Assembly: GCA_041752695.1 (NCBI GenBank)
Contig: JBGSVZ010000085.1
Coordinates: 1-64,000, forward strand
DNA from: Terrimicrobiaceae bacterium
GTDB lineage: Bacteria; Verrucomicrobiota; Verrucomicrobiia; Chthoniobacterales; Terrimicrobiaceae
DNA length: 64,000 bases
Direction of reading: 5' to 3'
Within the stretch, counting starts at the first letter, position 1. Each line of letters starts with the position of its first letter. The notes under the pieces were generated by a model. The model saw only the letters and a program-made list of their open reading frames with translations, searched no databases and had not been told where the DNA came from. The position numbers and the translations under genes were made by a program. This document shows positions 17,973 through 29,619 of this stretch, piece by piece.

Positions 17973-18923
17973 ATGAAAGCCCTGCAACGCATTTGGACAC
18001 AATTTGTCCACGTGGTGGATTCCGATTATTTCCCGGAGGGGGAGGAAGCTGCCCGCAGCCGACCGGAGCGGATGGAATTTGGTCGCTGTGTACCGTTTAT
18101 CATCCTGCATCTCGGATGCCTGGGCGTGATCTGGACCGGTTGGAGCTGGACGGCCGTCGTGGTCGCTGTCGCGTTGTACTTCATCCGGATGTTTGCCATC
18201 ACGGGATTTTACCACCGGTATTTCTGCCACCGGGCCTACCACACTTCGCGCGTCGGACAGTTTATCTTTGCTCTCATCGGCCTCACGGCCGTGCAGCGCG
18301 GGCCACTCTGGTGGGCCTCGGTGCATCGCCACCATCATGCCCACTCCGATGAGGATGTGGACGCGCATTCGCCTCACTCGAAGAGTTTTCTGTGGTCGCA
18401 TATCGGCTGGCTGACGAGCACCAAAAACTTTCCGACCGACTACAAATTGGTCAGAGATCTGGTGAAATACCCGGAACTCCATTTTCTCAATCGATTCGAT
18501 CTCATCGGGCCCCTGCTTCTCGTGGCTTTTCTCACGGGGCTCGGCTGGGGTTTGGAAACCTTCGCCCCCTCCCTGGGCACAAATGCCTGGCAACTCATCG
18601 TCTGGGGTTTTTTCATCAGCACAACCGTCCTCTTCCATGGCACCTGCGCGGTGAACTCTTTTGCGCACATTTTCGGCCGGAAGCGGTTCGAGACGCGGGA
18701 CGAAAGCCGCAACAGCCTCCTCCTCGCCCTCATCACTCTGGGAGAAGGCTGGCACAACAATCATCATCATTACCAATCTTCCGCCCGACAGGGTTTCTAC
18801 TGGTGGGAAATTGACATCAGTTACTACGTGATCCGCACGCTTGCCGCCCTTGGCATCGTCTGGGATGTGCGGGAGGTCCCGGCCCGGGTTTACGAGGAAG
18901 CCCCGACCCACCGGCAGCCTTGA
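17973..18923 (+). CDS. Acyl-CoA/acyl-lipid delta-9 desaturase
   Basis: His boxes HRYFCH, HRHHH, GEGWHNNHH. Confidence 0.92.
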   Translation: MKALQRIWTQFVHVVDSDYFPEGEEAARSRPERMEFGRCVPFIILHLGCLGVIWTGWSWTAVVVAVALYFIRMFAITGFYHRYFCHRAYHTSRVGQFIFALIGLTAVQRGPLWWASVHRHHHAHSDEDVDAHSPHSKSFLWSHIGWLTSTKNFPTDYKLVRDLVKYPELHFLNRFDLIGPLLLVAFLTGLGWGLETFAPSLGTNAWQLIVWGFFISTTVLFHGTCAVNSFAHIFGRKRFETRDESRNSLLLALITLGEGWHNNHHHYQSSARQGFYWWEIDISYYVIRTLAALGIVWDVREVPARVYEEAPTHRQP

Positions 18924-20185
18924 AGGAACACATTGCCATCGTCGGCACCGGCGTGGCCGGCCTCGGCTGCGCCTGGAACCTGCGCAACCATGCCCAAATT
19001 ACGCTTCTGGAAAAAGATCCCCGGCCCGGCGGTCACACCAACACCGTAACCGTCGAGGAAGAGGGCCGCGCCGTACCCATCGACACGGGGTTTATCGTGT
19101 TCAACAAAGTCACGTATCCGAATCTGTGCCGTCTTTTCGACGAACTGGCCGTGCCGATCAAACCCTCGGAGATGTCCTTCAGCGTGCAGCATCTGCCGAC
19201 CGGACTCGAATATAACGGGATGGGGGCCAACAAAGTCTTCGCTCAGCGGTTGAATCTTTTCCGCCCCCGCTTCCACCGTCTCCTGTCCCATATTCAGGGT
19301 TTCTTCCGCGTCGCGAACGAACTTCTGGCCGCGCCCGAAGTCGAAAATCTCACCCTGCGGGACTTCGCCAAGCGACACGGGCTGAGCGAGGATTTTTTGG
19401 ACCTGTATCTGGTGCCTATGAGCTCGGCCGTCTGGTCGACGGAACCCGCGGATGTGTTGGATTTTCCCGCCCTGACGCTGATTCGCTTTTTTCACAACCA
19501 TGGGTTCCTCGGCGTGGACACTCACCACCCTTGGTTCACGGTGGATGGTGGGGCAAAGATGTATCTGGAAAAAATCCTCGCCGTGGTCGGTGCTCCGCGG
19601 GTCAACGCGGGAGTCACCAGAGTGAAGGAGACATCCCACGGTGTTTCCGTAACCTGCGCCGGCGGGGAGACGCTCACCTTTGATCGCGTCGTGCTGGCCT
19701 GCCACGCGGACCAATCCCTCGCCCTCCTCGACTCGCCGGACGCCGATCAAAGCCGCCTCCTGGCCCCGTTTCGGTATCAAAAAAACCACGCCACCCTGCA
19801 CTCCGACGCCCGCGTCATGCCCAAAAAACGCCTCGCCTGGGCCTCTTGGAACTACCGCGTCTCCGGCGAACGCGCCACCACCCACTACTGGATGAATGCC
19901 CTCCAGGGCGTCTCGAAGAAAAAGGATTACTTTGTTTCGCTCAACTCCGCCTCGGAGATCCCGCCGGACAAGGTGCTTTACGAGACCACCTACGAGCACC
20001 CCGTCTTCACCCTCGATGCGATCCGGGCGCAGGACGAACTCCCGAAACTGAATACCCGGTCGCCCAATCAACGGGTCTTTTTTTGCGGAAGCTATTTCCG
20101 CTACGGCTTCCACGAGGACGCCTATACGTCGGGACTGAACGCTGCGGAGGTTTTACGACCCCTCCTTTCCACCCATGGGCACTAA
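18920..20185 (+). CDS. FAD-dependent oxidoreductase (amine-oxidase-like; UfaD-like family)
   Basis: GTGVAG, GGHTNT, DTGFIVFN, AWASWNY, YEHP, YGFHED. Confidence 0.9.
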   Translation: MKEHIAIVGTGVAGLGCAWNLRNHAQITLLEKDPRPGGHTNTVTVEEEGRAVPIDTGFIVFNKVTYPNLCRLFDELAVPIKPSEMSFSVQHLPTGLEYNGMGANKVFAQRLNLFRPRFHRLLSHIQGFFRVANELLAAPEVENLTLRDFAKRHGLSEDFLDLYLVPMSSAVWSTEPADVLDFPALTLIRFFHNHGFLGVDTHHPWFTVDGGAKMYLEKILAVVGAPRVNAGVTRVKETSHGVSVTCAGGETLTFDRVVLACHADQSLALLDSPDADQSRLLAPFRYQKNHATLHSDARVMPKKRLAWASWNYRVSGERATTHYWMNALQGVSKKKDYFVSLNSASEIPPDKVLYETTYEHPVFTLDAIRAQDELPKLNTRSPNQRVFFCGSYFRYGFHEDAYTSGLNAAEVLRPLLSTHGH

Positions 20186-20209
20186 GCGGGAACAATTCAG
20201 AAGAGAGTT

Positions 20210-20310
20210 AACCGCGGATGTCGCTGATGGGCGCGGATGAACGGAATAAAGCAAAATTTTCGGAGTCTTTGGGAGCTCTCCCATCTGCGCAATCCGCGAT
20301 ATCCGCGGTT
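20210..20310. repeat. Inverted-repeat mini-element built from ~9-bp CGCGGAT units
   Basis: Left AACCGCGGATGTCGCTGATGGGCGCGGATG (20210-20239); right arm reverse-complements to AACCGCGGATATCGCGGATTGCGCAGATG (20282-20310). Confidence 0.75.
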
Positions 20311-20355
20311 CCAACTGCAGACTTTCGGCTAAGGAATTCTATTCTCCTGCCCCAT

Positions 20356-20384
20356 TTAGTGCCTATTAGTGTCCATTAGTGGTT
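20356..20384. repeat. 10-bp-period TTAGTG triple repeat ending in GGTT (solo arm of a similar element)
   Basis: TTAGTGCCTA TTAGTGTCCA TTAGTGGTT. Confidence 0.6.
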
Positions 20385-20386
20385 CC

Positions 20387-21157
20387 ATGAACTCCTGCCT
20401 TTACGAATGCACCGTGATGCACCGGCGACTTTCGCCGAAACGCCATGAGTTTGTCTATCGCATCTTCCTCTTTGCCCTCGACCTGGACGAAGTCCCCCGG
20501 ATCCCCAACCGCGTTCCCATTTTCCATCACAACGAACCGGGTCTTTACAACTTTCGGGACGACGACCATTTCCCCCTCGTCCCAGGGAACGCGCGGACCA
20601 ACGCCGAAGCTTTTTTGTCGCAAAATGGGATCGCTGAAAAACCCGCCCGCATTCTCCTCCTCACCAACGCGCGTTTTCTTGGCTACACCTTCAATCCCAT
20701 CTCCATCTGGTTCTGTTACCGGGCGGACGGTTCACCGCTTGCCGCCATCGCCGAGGTGGGCAATACCTTTGGCGAGCAAAAACCCTTTCTCGTTCCCGTC
20801 AGCGACGGCGTTTTCCATCTGCGTGCGCCCAAACATTTTTATGTTTCTCCGTTCTCCGCGCTCGACCTGGAATTTGACTTTCGCTTCGAATTTCCCGGCG
20901 AGCGTCTGGCCGTTTTCATCGATGACTACAAGGGCAACGAGCGAACCCTCCTAACAACTCTAACGGGGCGCCGCGAGGAACTGACAACCCCCAACCTGCT
21001 GACCTTCACCGTCAAATATCCCTTCATCACACTAAAGACGATCGGACTCATTCATTGGCAGGCCTTTCTGCTGTGGCTGAAACGTGTCCCGTTTCACTTC
21101 AAGGAGGCCAATCCCGAGTTGCAGCGTCAGCTTTTCCGCCCAAGCCGCAAGAGGTAA
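20387..21157 (+). CDS. DUF1365 family protein (UfaO-like)
   Basis: [36 protein letters not shown]. Confidence 0.9.
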   Translation: MNSCLYECTVMHRRLSPKRHEFVYRIFLFALDLDEVPRIPNRVPIFHHNEPGLYNFRDDDHFPLVPGNARTNAEAFLSQNGIAEKPARILLLTNARFLGYTFNPISIWFCYRADGSPLAAIAEVGNTFGEQKPFLVPVSDGVFHLRAPKHFYVSPFSALDLEFDFRFEFPGERLAVFIDDYKGNERTLLTTLTGRREELTTPNLLTFTVKYPFITLKTIGLIHWQAFLLWLKRVPFHFKEANPELQRQLFRPSRKR

Positions 21158-21230
21158 CAGGCCGCCGCCTGGAAGCCCGCTGACGCGCTCCGGTCGTGAC
21201 AGTCCCGGGCGATTCAGGAGAATCCCCCTT

Positions 21231-21650
21231 ATGAAATCCTACCGCAAGGAACTCTGGTTCGACGTACCAACCCGCCGCATGCTGCGCAACATCACTCCCG
21301 ACGTGGAGCGCTGCCTGGCAGAAAGCGGCATCAGCGAAGGCCTCTGCCTCGTCAATGCCATGCACATCACGGCCAGCGTCTTTATTAATGACGACGAAAG
21401 CGGCCTGCACGCCGATTTGGAGAAATGGCTCGAAGAACTCGCACCGGAGAAACCCCACAGCCAATACCTTCACAACCGCACCGGCGAGGACAATGCCGAC
21501 GCCCATCTCAAACGCACCCTGATGGGCCGCGAGGTCGTCGTCGCCATCACCCAAGCCCGCCTCGATTTTGGCCCGTGGGAACAGATCTTTTACGGCGAAT
21601 TCGACGGCCTGCGTCGCAAACGGGTCCTGGTGAAAATCATCGGCGACTAG
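21231..21650 (+). CDS. yjbQ: YjbQ/UPF0047 family protein
   Basis: [33 protein letters not shown]. Confidence 0.9.
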   Translation: MKSYRKELWFDVPTRRMLRNITPDVERCLAESGISEGLCLVNAMHITASVFINDDESGLHADLEKWLEELAPEKPHSQYLHNRTGEDNADAHLKRTLMGREVVVAITQARLDFGPWEQIFYGEFDGLRRKRVLVKIIGD

Positions 21651-22096
21651 GCCGGATACGCGCCGGTCACGTACCGCTCCAGATCGTCAATCGCATTGGC
21701 CTGCACGCCTATGATCCAATTGACCAGGTCGCCAATGGAGACAAGACCCAGCACTTCGGAGCCATCCATCACAGGAAGATGCCGCACGCGGTTATCCGTC
21801 ATCATCTGCATGCAGTTCACCACAAGCTCCTGCGGACCGACCGTCACGACGTCCGAAGTCATGATGTCGCCCACCTTGGTTTCCCGCGACGCACGTCCGC
21901 GCAAAACGATTTTGCGGGTGTAATCGCGCTCGGAAAGCATGCCCAAAAGGCGACCGGCTTTCATCACGGGAAGCGCTCCGACATTCTTCTCCGCCATCAA
22001 AGCGATGGCGTCATAAACGGTGGTGTCCGGGTCCACCGACCAGAGGCGGGCGGGTTTAAAATCCAGAATCGAACTGACAGTGGTATTGATGTCCAT
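21647..22096 (-). CDS. CBS domain-containing protein
   Basis: GMLSERDY and RVRHLPV...GLVSIGD tandem CBS pair. Confidence 0.92.
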   Translation of the reverse strand: MDINTTVSSILDFKPARLWSVDPDTTVYDAIALMAEKNVGALPVMKAGRLLGMLSERDYTRKIVLRGRASRETKVGDIMTSDVVTVGPQELVVNCMQMMTDNRVRHLPVMDGSEVLGLVSIGDLVNWIIGVQANAIDDLERYVTGAYPA

Positions 22097-22198
22097 GTTT
22101 TGAGGGGTGCCATAAGTATCCTCCCAATTCTCTCCGCAATCCACTGAATTTTTCCGCCAATCCCTTCGCTCTCCCCCTCCCCCAGCCGACTCCAATCG

Positions 22199-22234
22199 TT
22201 ACAATAAATGTCCCAGGTGGGACATTTATTGTAA
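22199..22234. repeat. 32-bp-core palindrome, copy 1
   Basis: TTACAATAAATGTCCCA-GG-TGGGACATTTATTGTAA. Confidence 0.9.
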
Positions 22235-22289
22235 AGGGACGACCGGGAATTTTCTGGGGTCTTGGTGCCCGGCGGAGGGATTGGCCGGG

Positions 22290-24681
<2,392 letters not shown>

Positions 24682-24704
24682 GAAGTCTGCTATACAATCC
24701 ACTC

Positions 24705-26477
24705 GTGCAGAAGGTTTCCAAGCATCGAATTCTCGGAGTGGATGGCGGGGCGACAAAAACCGCCTGGGTCCTGTGTGAGGAGGAGGCCGGTGCGCTTCGC
24801 ATTTTGCGGGAGGGCCGGCTGGGGCCGGGAAACATGAAACTGTTGAGTCCGGAAGCGCTTCGTTCGTTGTTGTCGGCGCTTCCCTCCGGTCTCACCCATG
24901 CGGGCATTTACCTCGCCGGATGCGCCACAGCGAAGGACCGCGAGCAGCTCCGTGAATTGGCGGCGGAAATCTGGCCGGGAGCCGTCTTGAGGACGGGCGG
25001 GGATCGGGAGTCGGCGTTTGCGGCGGCCTTCGGCAGCGGGAATGGGATTGCGGTGATTGCCGGAACGGGATCGGCCGTGACTGGGCGCTTGGGTGACACG
25101 GAGGATCGGGCGGGAGGCTGGGGCCACCTGCTGGGGGATTCCGGTGGCGGTTACGATCTCGCCATCCATGCCCTGCGGGGAATTCTTTTTGATTTCGACA
25201 CCGCCCGTCAGATCACGCCGCTGGCTCGCGATATCCTGCGCGCGCTTGGCCTCAACTCCCTGCGTGACCTCACCGCCTGGGCGCAGACCGCCCACAAACA
25301 CGATCTCGCCCGGCTCACGCCACTGGTTTTCGACCACGTGGATGAAACCCGTGGGATCTTGCAGGCGGGGGCCGGGACCCTCGCTCAACTCACCGCCGCC
25401 GTGGCCGCCCGCCTCGGCATGTCCCATCCGCCGGTGCGGCTGTTGGGAGGACTTTTCGTGCGTCAGAAACTTTATGCGGACCTGTTTGCGGAAGCGCTTC
25501 TCCGACTCTGCCCTGGGGCGCAGGCCTCTGTCAGCGCCGCTCCCGCCAGCCTCGGTGCCGTCCGACTGGCCCTGCAGGCCCCGGATCTGGCCGTTTCAGC
25601 TGCGGAGGTTTTTTCCGAACCGGCTTTACACGAAGCCGCCACCGAACAACCCAACCCCCGCTCGCAGGATCTCGACCGCCTGGAAACCCGGGAGCTGGTG
25701 GAGCTTTTTGTGCGCGAGGAACGCTGCGTGGAGGATGCCCTTTCCGCGGTGGCGGGGGCGCTGACGCGCGCCGTGGATCTGGTGGCCAAAACGCTCGCGT
25801 CGGGTGGTCGCCTCTTTTATGCTGGCGCAGGAACCAGCGGACGCCTCGGGGTTCTTGATGCGAGCGAAATGCCACCAACTTTTGGGGTAAGTTCGGGCCT
25901 CGTGCAGGCGCTGATCGCCGGGGGTCCGGCCGCGATCCAGCAAAGCATAGAAGGCGCCGAGGACGACGCCCTGGCGGGCGCGCAGGCGGTGCGGGACCGG
26001 GGAGTTTCCGCGGCGGATGTTGTGTGTGGCATCACCGCGAGTGGACGCACTCCCTTTGTGCGCGGAGCGTTGGAATCGGCGACGGACGCAGGCGCAGGCA
26101 CCATTCTTTTGACCTGCAATCCCCTGCGGCAGAAAGGTCTTCTCGTGGCGGGGGTGGAAATCGATCTGCCGACGGGGCCGGAATTGATCACCGGTTCAAC
26201 GCGACTGAAAGCCGGCACCGCCACCAAGGTGGCGCTGAATATTCTTTCCTCATGTGCGATGATTCGGATCGGGCGCGTGGACGGCAACTTTATGTCGTGC
26301 CTCCAGCCGACCAACGACAAACTCCGGGAGCGAGCGGCCCGTTTTGTGGCGGCGCGCTTGGCCATCTCTGAGGCCGAGGCCCGAGTTCGCTTAGAGTGGT
26401 CAAAATGGAACATCCGTGAGGCGCTCCAGCCCACAATTGGTCAGGACCGATTGCCAGACCGACCGGCAGCCACCTAA
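24705..26477 (+). CDS. murQ: Fused BadF/BadG-type N-acetyl-amino-sugar kinase and N-acetylmuramic acid 6-phosphate etherase
   Basis: N-half: GVDGGATKT, IAGTGS, GGWGHLLGD. C-half: TEQPNP, GAGTSGRLGVLDASEMPPTFG, EGAED, TGSTRLKAGTA. Confidence 0.9.
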   Translation: MQKVSKHRILGVDGGATKTAWVLCEEEAGALRILREGRLGPGNMKLLSPEALRSLLSALPSGLTHAGIYLAGCATAKDREQLRELAAEIWPGAVLRTGGDRESAFAAAFGSGNGIAVIAGTGSAVTGRLGDTEDRAGGWGHLLGDSGGGYDLAIHALRGILFDFDTARQITPLARDILRALGLNSLRDLTAWAQTAHKHDLARLTPLVFDHVDETRGILQAGAGTLAQLTAAVAARLGMSHPPVRLLGGLFVRQKLYADLFAEALLRLCPGAQASVSAAPASLGAVRLALQAPDLAVSAAEVFSEPALHEAATEQPNPRSQDLDRLETRELVELFVREERCVEDALSAVAGALTRAVDLVAKTLASGGRLFYAGAGTSGRLGVLDASEMPPTFGVSSGLVQALIAGGPAAIQQSIEGAEDDALAGAQAVRDRGVSAADVVCGITASGRTPFVRGALESATDAGAGTILLTCNPLRQKGLLVAGVEIDLPTGPELITGSTRLKAGTATKVALNILSSCAMIRIGRVDGNFMSCLQPTNDKLRERAARFVAARLAISEAEARVRLEWSKWNIREALQPTIGQDRLPDRPAAT

Positions 26478-26515
26478 TTCCCCGCCCAATCGTTGTATCC
26501 GGCGGCCAAATGAGG

Positions 26516-26532
26516 TTGGCACGCTCCCTGCT
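26516..26532 (+). promoter_or_regulatory. sigma-54 (-24/-12) promoter for the candidate sRNA
   Basis: TTGGCACGCTCCCTGCT; GG at 26518-19, N10, GC at 26530-31. Confidence 0.6.
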
Positions 26533-26542
26533 AATATCTTTT

Positions 26543-26630
26543 CAATTGAACAGCCCGGTCCAAGGGAATTCGGTTGGAAGCAAGGGGGGATGCGACCAAC
26601 CAAGGGAATGGGCCGGGCTGTTCGTTTTTT
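26543..26630 (+). ncRNA. Candidate small RNA with three CAAGGG/GGA motifs (Csr/Rsm-sponge-like)
   Basis: 15-bp stem 26548-62/26609-23 with one G-U pair that works only on +; inner stem GGTTGG/CCAACC; CAAGGG at 26561, 26581, 26601; U6 tract at 26625-30; sigma-54 motif at the expected distance. Confidence 0.6.
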
Positions 26631-26682
26631 ACGTCGTAGGGTTTCAACGAGCGAGTGGGACGTCCGGTGCTGACCAATCGAT

Positions 26683-27585
26683 CTAAAGAACCTCATCGCG
26701 CGTCGGCAGGGAGGACTGAGCGCCGGGCCGGGTCACGGAAATGCTTGCCGCACGGAGCGCACGCGAGACCGCCTCGCGCATCGGAAAGCCTTCGGCAATT
26801 CCCACGGCCAGCCATCCGGTGAAACAATCGCCCGCGCCAACGGTGTCCACCGGTCGGACTTTCGGAGCGGCCAGACGCACTTCCTCATGGGCATTCACCA
26901 ACATCGCTCCGCGCTCGCCGAGGGTGATGACAACATGGCGGCATCCGGCTTTGAGCAAGGCGCGTCCAGCTTCCGCAGGATCCTTCAGGCCTGTCAGCAA
27001 GGCCGCCTCATGTTCGTTGGGGGTGAGGGTGTGAACCCGCTTGAGGAGACTGGCAGGCAGCGGTCGTGCGGGAGCAGGATTAAGCAAAAACGGAACGCCC
27101 GCTGCCCGCGCCAGCTTCGAGGCTTCCGTGACCCCAGCTAGGGGAACTTCGAGTTGGGCAACGACGATTTTGGCCCGGGAAAATTCCGGTCCCGCCGCGC
27201 GGAGATCCGCCGCGGATACGGTGTCGTTGGCCGATCGGGCAACGGCAATGATGTTTTCCCGTGATTTTCCGCCGAGCAGAATGAGCGCGACACCACTGGA
27301 AACACCTTTGCGCACCTTAAAATGGCGAAGATCAATCTTCTCCCGCTGCAGGGCAAGGGCGGCACTCTGTCCGAAATCATCCCCGCCCCGCGCTCCAATA
27401 AAGATCACCTGTGCCCCAGCCCGGGCGGCCGCGACGGCCTGATTGGCTCCTTTTCCGCCATGAAAACGCTGGAAGTCCCCTCCCAGCAAAGTCTCGCCGG
27501 GGGTCGGCAGGCGATCACAGGAGATAACGAGGTCAGTATTGGAACTGCCGACAATGAGAACACGAGGCATGGAGGAACGGGGCAT
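26683..27585 (-). CDS. rbsK: Ribokinase
   Basis: GSSNTDL, GGKGANQAVAAAR, PNEHE, DTVGAGDCF (PfkB signatures). Confidence 0.93.
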   Translation of the reverse strand: MPRSSMPRVLIVGSSNTDLVISCDRLPTPGETLLGGDFQRFHGGKGANQAVAAARAGAQVIFIGARGGDDFGQSAALALQREKIDLRHFKVRKGVSSGVALILLGGKSRENIIAVARSANDTVSAADLRAAGPEFSRAKIVVAQLEVPLAGVTEASKLARAAGVPFLLNPAPARPLPASLLKRVHTLTPNEHEAALLTGLKDPAEAGRALLKAGCRHVVITLGERGAMLVNAHEEVRLAAPKVRPVDTVGAGDCFTGWLAVGIAEGFPMREAVSRALRAASISVTRPGAQSSLPTRDEVL

Positions 27586-27636
27586 AAAACGTATTTCGTC
27601 CCATCCCGCGCGAGAGACAAGCCCGCCGGGAAAAGA

Positions 27637-27666
27637 AAAAGGCGGACAGTTTCCTGTCCGCCTTTT
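27637..27666 (-). terminator. Intrinsic terminator after rplQ
   Basis: Minus strand AAAAGGCGGACAG-GAAA-CTGTCCGCCTTTT followed by TCTTTT. Confidence 0.85.
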
Positions 27667-27687
27667 CGCGAGGGTTTTAAAGGAATG

Positions 27688-28161
27688 TTATTCCTCGGTC
27701 TTTTCCGCTTTTTCGGCCTTGGCTTTTTTCGGAGCCTTTTCCGCCTTGGCAGCGGGAGTGACTTCGACGGGAGCTTCTTCGGCAGTCACGGCGATATCGA
27801 CCCATTCGATGTAGGCCATGGGGGCGGAGTCGCTTTGGCGAGGCCCGAGCTTGACGATGCGAGTGTAGCCGCCCTGGCGGGTGGCGCTGCGAGGACCAAT
27901 CTCCGTGAACAGCTTGCTGACGGCTTTCACCGTGCGGGTGCTGTTGTTGTGGAGCTGGGCCAGCGCGGTGCGCCGGGCATGAAGCCCGCCACGTTTGGCG
28001 AGGGTGACCAATTTTTCAGCGATGGGGCGAACGGCCTTGGCTTTGGCCAGGGTCGTTTTGATGCGTCCATGCTCGATGAGACTGCAGGCCTGATTGGCGA
28101 GCAGCGCATTGCGATGCTCGGCCGTGCGGCCCAATTTGACGGTTTTGTTGCGGTGGCGCAT
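27688..28161 (-). CDS. rplQ: 50S ribosomal protein L17
   Basis: MRHR...LGRTAEHR...IKTTLAKAK...GGYTRI. Confidence 0.97.
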   Translation of the reverse strand: MRHRNKTVKLGRTAEHRNALLANQACSLIEHGRIKTTLAKAKAVRPIAEKLVTLAKRGGLHARRTALAQLHNNSTRTVKAVSKLFTEIGPRSATRQGGYTRIVKLGPRQSDSAPMAYIEWVDIAVTAEEAPVEVTPAAKAEKAPKKAKAEKAEKTEE

Positions 28162-28252
28162 AGGATTAGTGAGGAGTAAGAGTGAAGGTGTTTTGTTTCG
28201 CCTCGGGCGGTGATGAGGGTTTCTCGTTCACCTTCCCATCTACTCCGAGTGG

Positions 28253-29257
28253 TTATTTCAGTTCGCCAGTGGGGTCGACGAGACCGGACTCGAATTTCAT
28301 ACCGAGTCCCAAGCCGAGCTGCTGGAGTTTGTCTTTGATTTCGTTGAGCGACTTCTTGCCGAAGTTGCGGTATTTCAACATCTCGGCCTCTGTCTTCATG
28401 GCCAACTGGCCGACGGTGGTGATGTTGGCGTTGTTGAGGCAGTTCGCGGCGCGCACGGAAAGCTCGATCTCGTTGACGCTCATGTTGAGGAGCTTCTTGA
28501 GACGGGTGTTTTCCTGGCTGACTTCCTCCGGGGTTTCGTCGAATTCCACCTTGGTGTCGTCAAATCCGACAAACACGTCGAGGTGGTGGCGAAGAATCGC
28601 AGATGCCTGAGTGAGCGCATCGTCGGGGGTCATGCGGCCGTCCGTCCAGACGTCCAGGATGAGCTTGTCGTAATCGGTGCGCTGGCCGACGCGGGTGGCT
28701 TCGACCGCGTATTTCACGCGGGTGACCGGCGAGAAGATCGAGTCGATGGCAATGACGCCGATCGGCTGTTCGGCATGTTTGTTTTCGTCGCCGGTGGCAA
28801 AACCACGGCCGACTTTGACTTCGAGCTCGGCGGTGAACTTCTGCTTTTTGTCGATCGTGCAGATATGCTGGTCGGGGTTCACAACCTCGACGCCCTGCAC
28901 GCAAGTGATGTCGGCGGCGGTGATGGCTCCTTCCTTATTGGTGGTGATGTTCACCGTGCGGGTCTCATGATCCGCGGCTTTGAATTTGACCTTCTTAAGA
29001 TTGAGGATGATGTCCACCACGTCTTCGACCACGCCGGGGAGGCTGGTGAATTCATGAGGAGCACCTTCAATGCGCACCGAAGTGATGGCGGCACCTTCCA
29101 ACGAGGAGAGGAGCACGCGGCGCAGGGAGTTGCCGACCGTGTGGCCGTAACCGGCTTCAAAGGGCTCCGCGACAAATTTGGCGTAAGTTTCTGTGGATGA
29201 CGATTCCTCTTTGGTGAGGGTCTTCGGCATCTCAAATCTTCCGAGACGAACAGGCAT
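28253..29257 (-). CDS. rpoA: RNA polymerase alpha subunit
   Basis: EPFEAGYGHTVGNSLRRVLLSS, LSVRAANCL, NFGKKSLNEI. Confidence 0.98.
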   Translation of the reverse strand: MPVRLGRFEMPKTLTKEESSSTETYAKFVAEPFEAGYGHTVGNSLRRVLLSSLEGAAITSVRIEGAPHEFTSLPGVVEDVVDIILNLKKVKFKAADHETRTVNITTNKEGAITAADITCVQGVEVVNPDQHICTIDKKQKFTAELEVKVGRGFATGDENKHAEQPIGVIAIDSIFSPVTRVKYAVEATRVGQRTDYDKLILDVWTDGRMTPDDALTQASAILRHHLDVFVGFDDTKVEFDETPEEVSQENTRLKKLLNMSVNEIELSVRAANCLNNANITTVGQLAMKTEAEMLKYRNFGKKSLNEIKDKLQQLGLGLGMKFESGLVDPTGELK

Positions 29258-29466
29258 GTGTATTTGGTTTTCTTTCGCCGGGTTTCCCTGAGCGCTTGCG
29301 GCGGAATGTCGAAGACACCCGCCTCAGGACCTACGGCGCGTTTTTTAAGCGCGGAGGGGAGAAGGTAGGGAAATCCTCCACGATGTCAAGCGCCCAAGTT
29401 TGCCACGACGGGGAAAGTCCCCCGCAACTCCACCCGAACCCGGAGCTGAGGTTGTCCGTTACCCGT

Positions 29467-29500
29467 AACAATAAATGTCCCAGGTGGGACATTTATTGTT
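29467..29500. repeat. 32-bp-core palindrome, copy 2
   Basis: AACAATAAATGTCCCA-GG-TGGGACATTTATTGTT. Confidence 0.9.
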
Positions 29501-29619
29501 CAAGAGGTTTGCGGCGGGGGTCGGCGTCGGGGGCAGTCTGGGCCTCTCACCGACGCCGAGGCTCCCCGGGGAATTCTGTTTTGGACGAGGCGGGGTTTTT
29601 ATGATTACTCTCCGGGAAT

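Noticed and set aside
22199..22234. 32-bp palindrome as parS, dif or CRISPR repeat
   Set aside because: No match to parS (TGTTTCACGTGAAACA) or to the dif XerC/XerD layout; copies are kilobases apart with no spacer array
26561..26610. 20-nt-period CAAGGG repeats as a mini-CRISPR
   Set aside because: Repeat (6-8 nt) and spacer lengths are far too short and there are no cas genes; better explained as an sRNA
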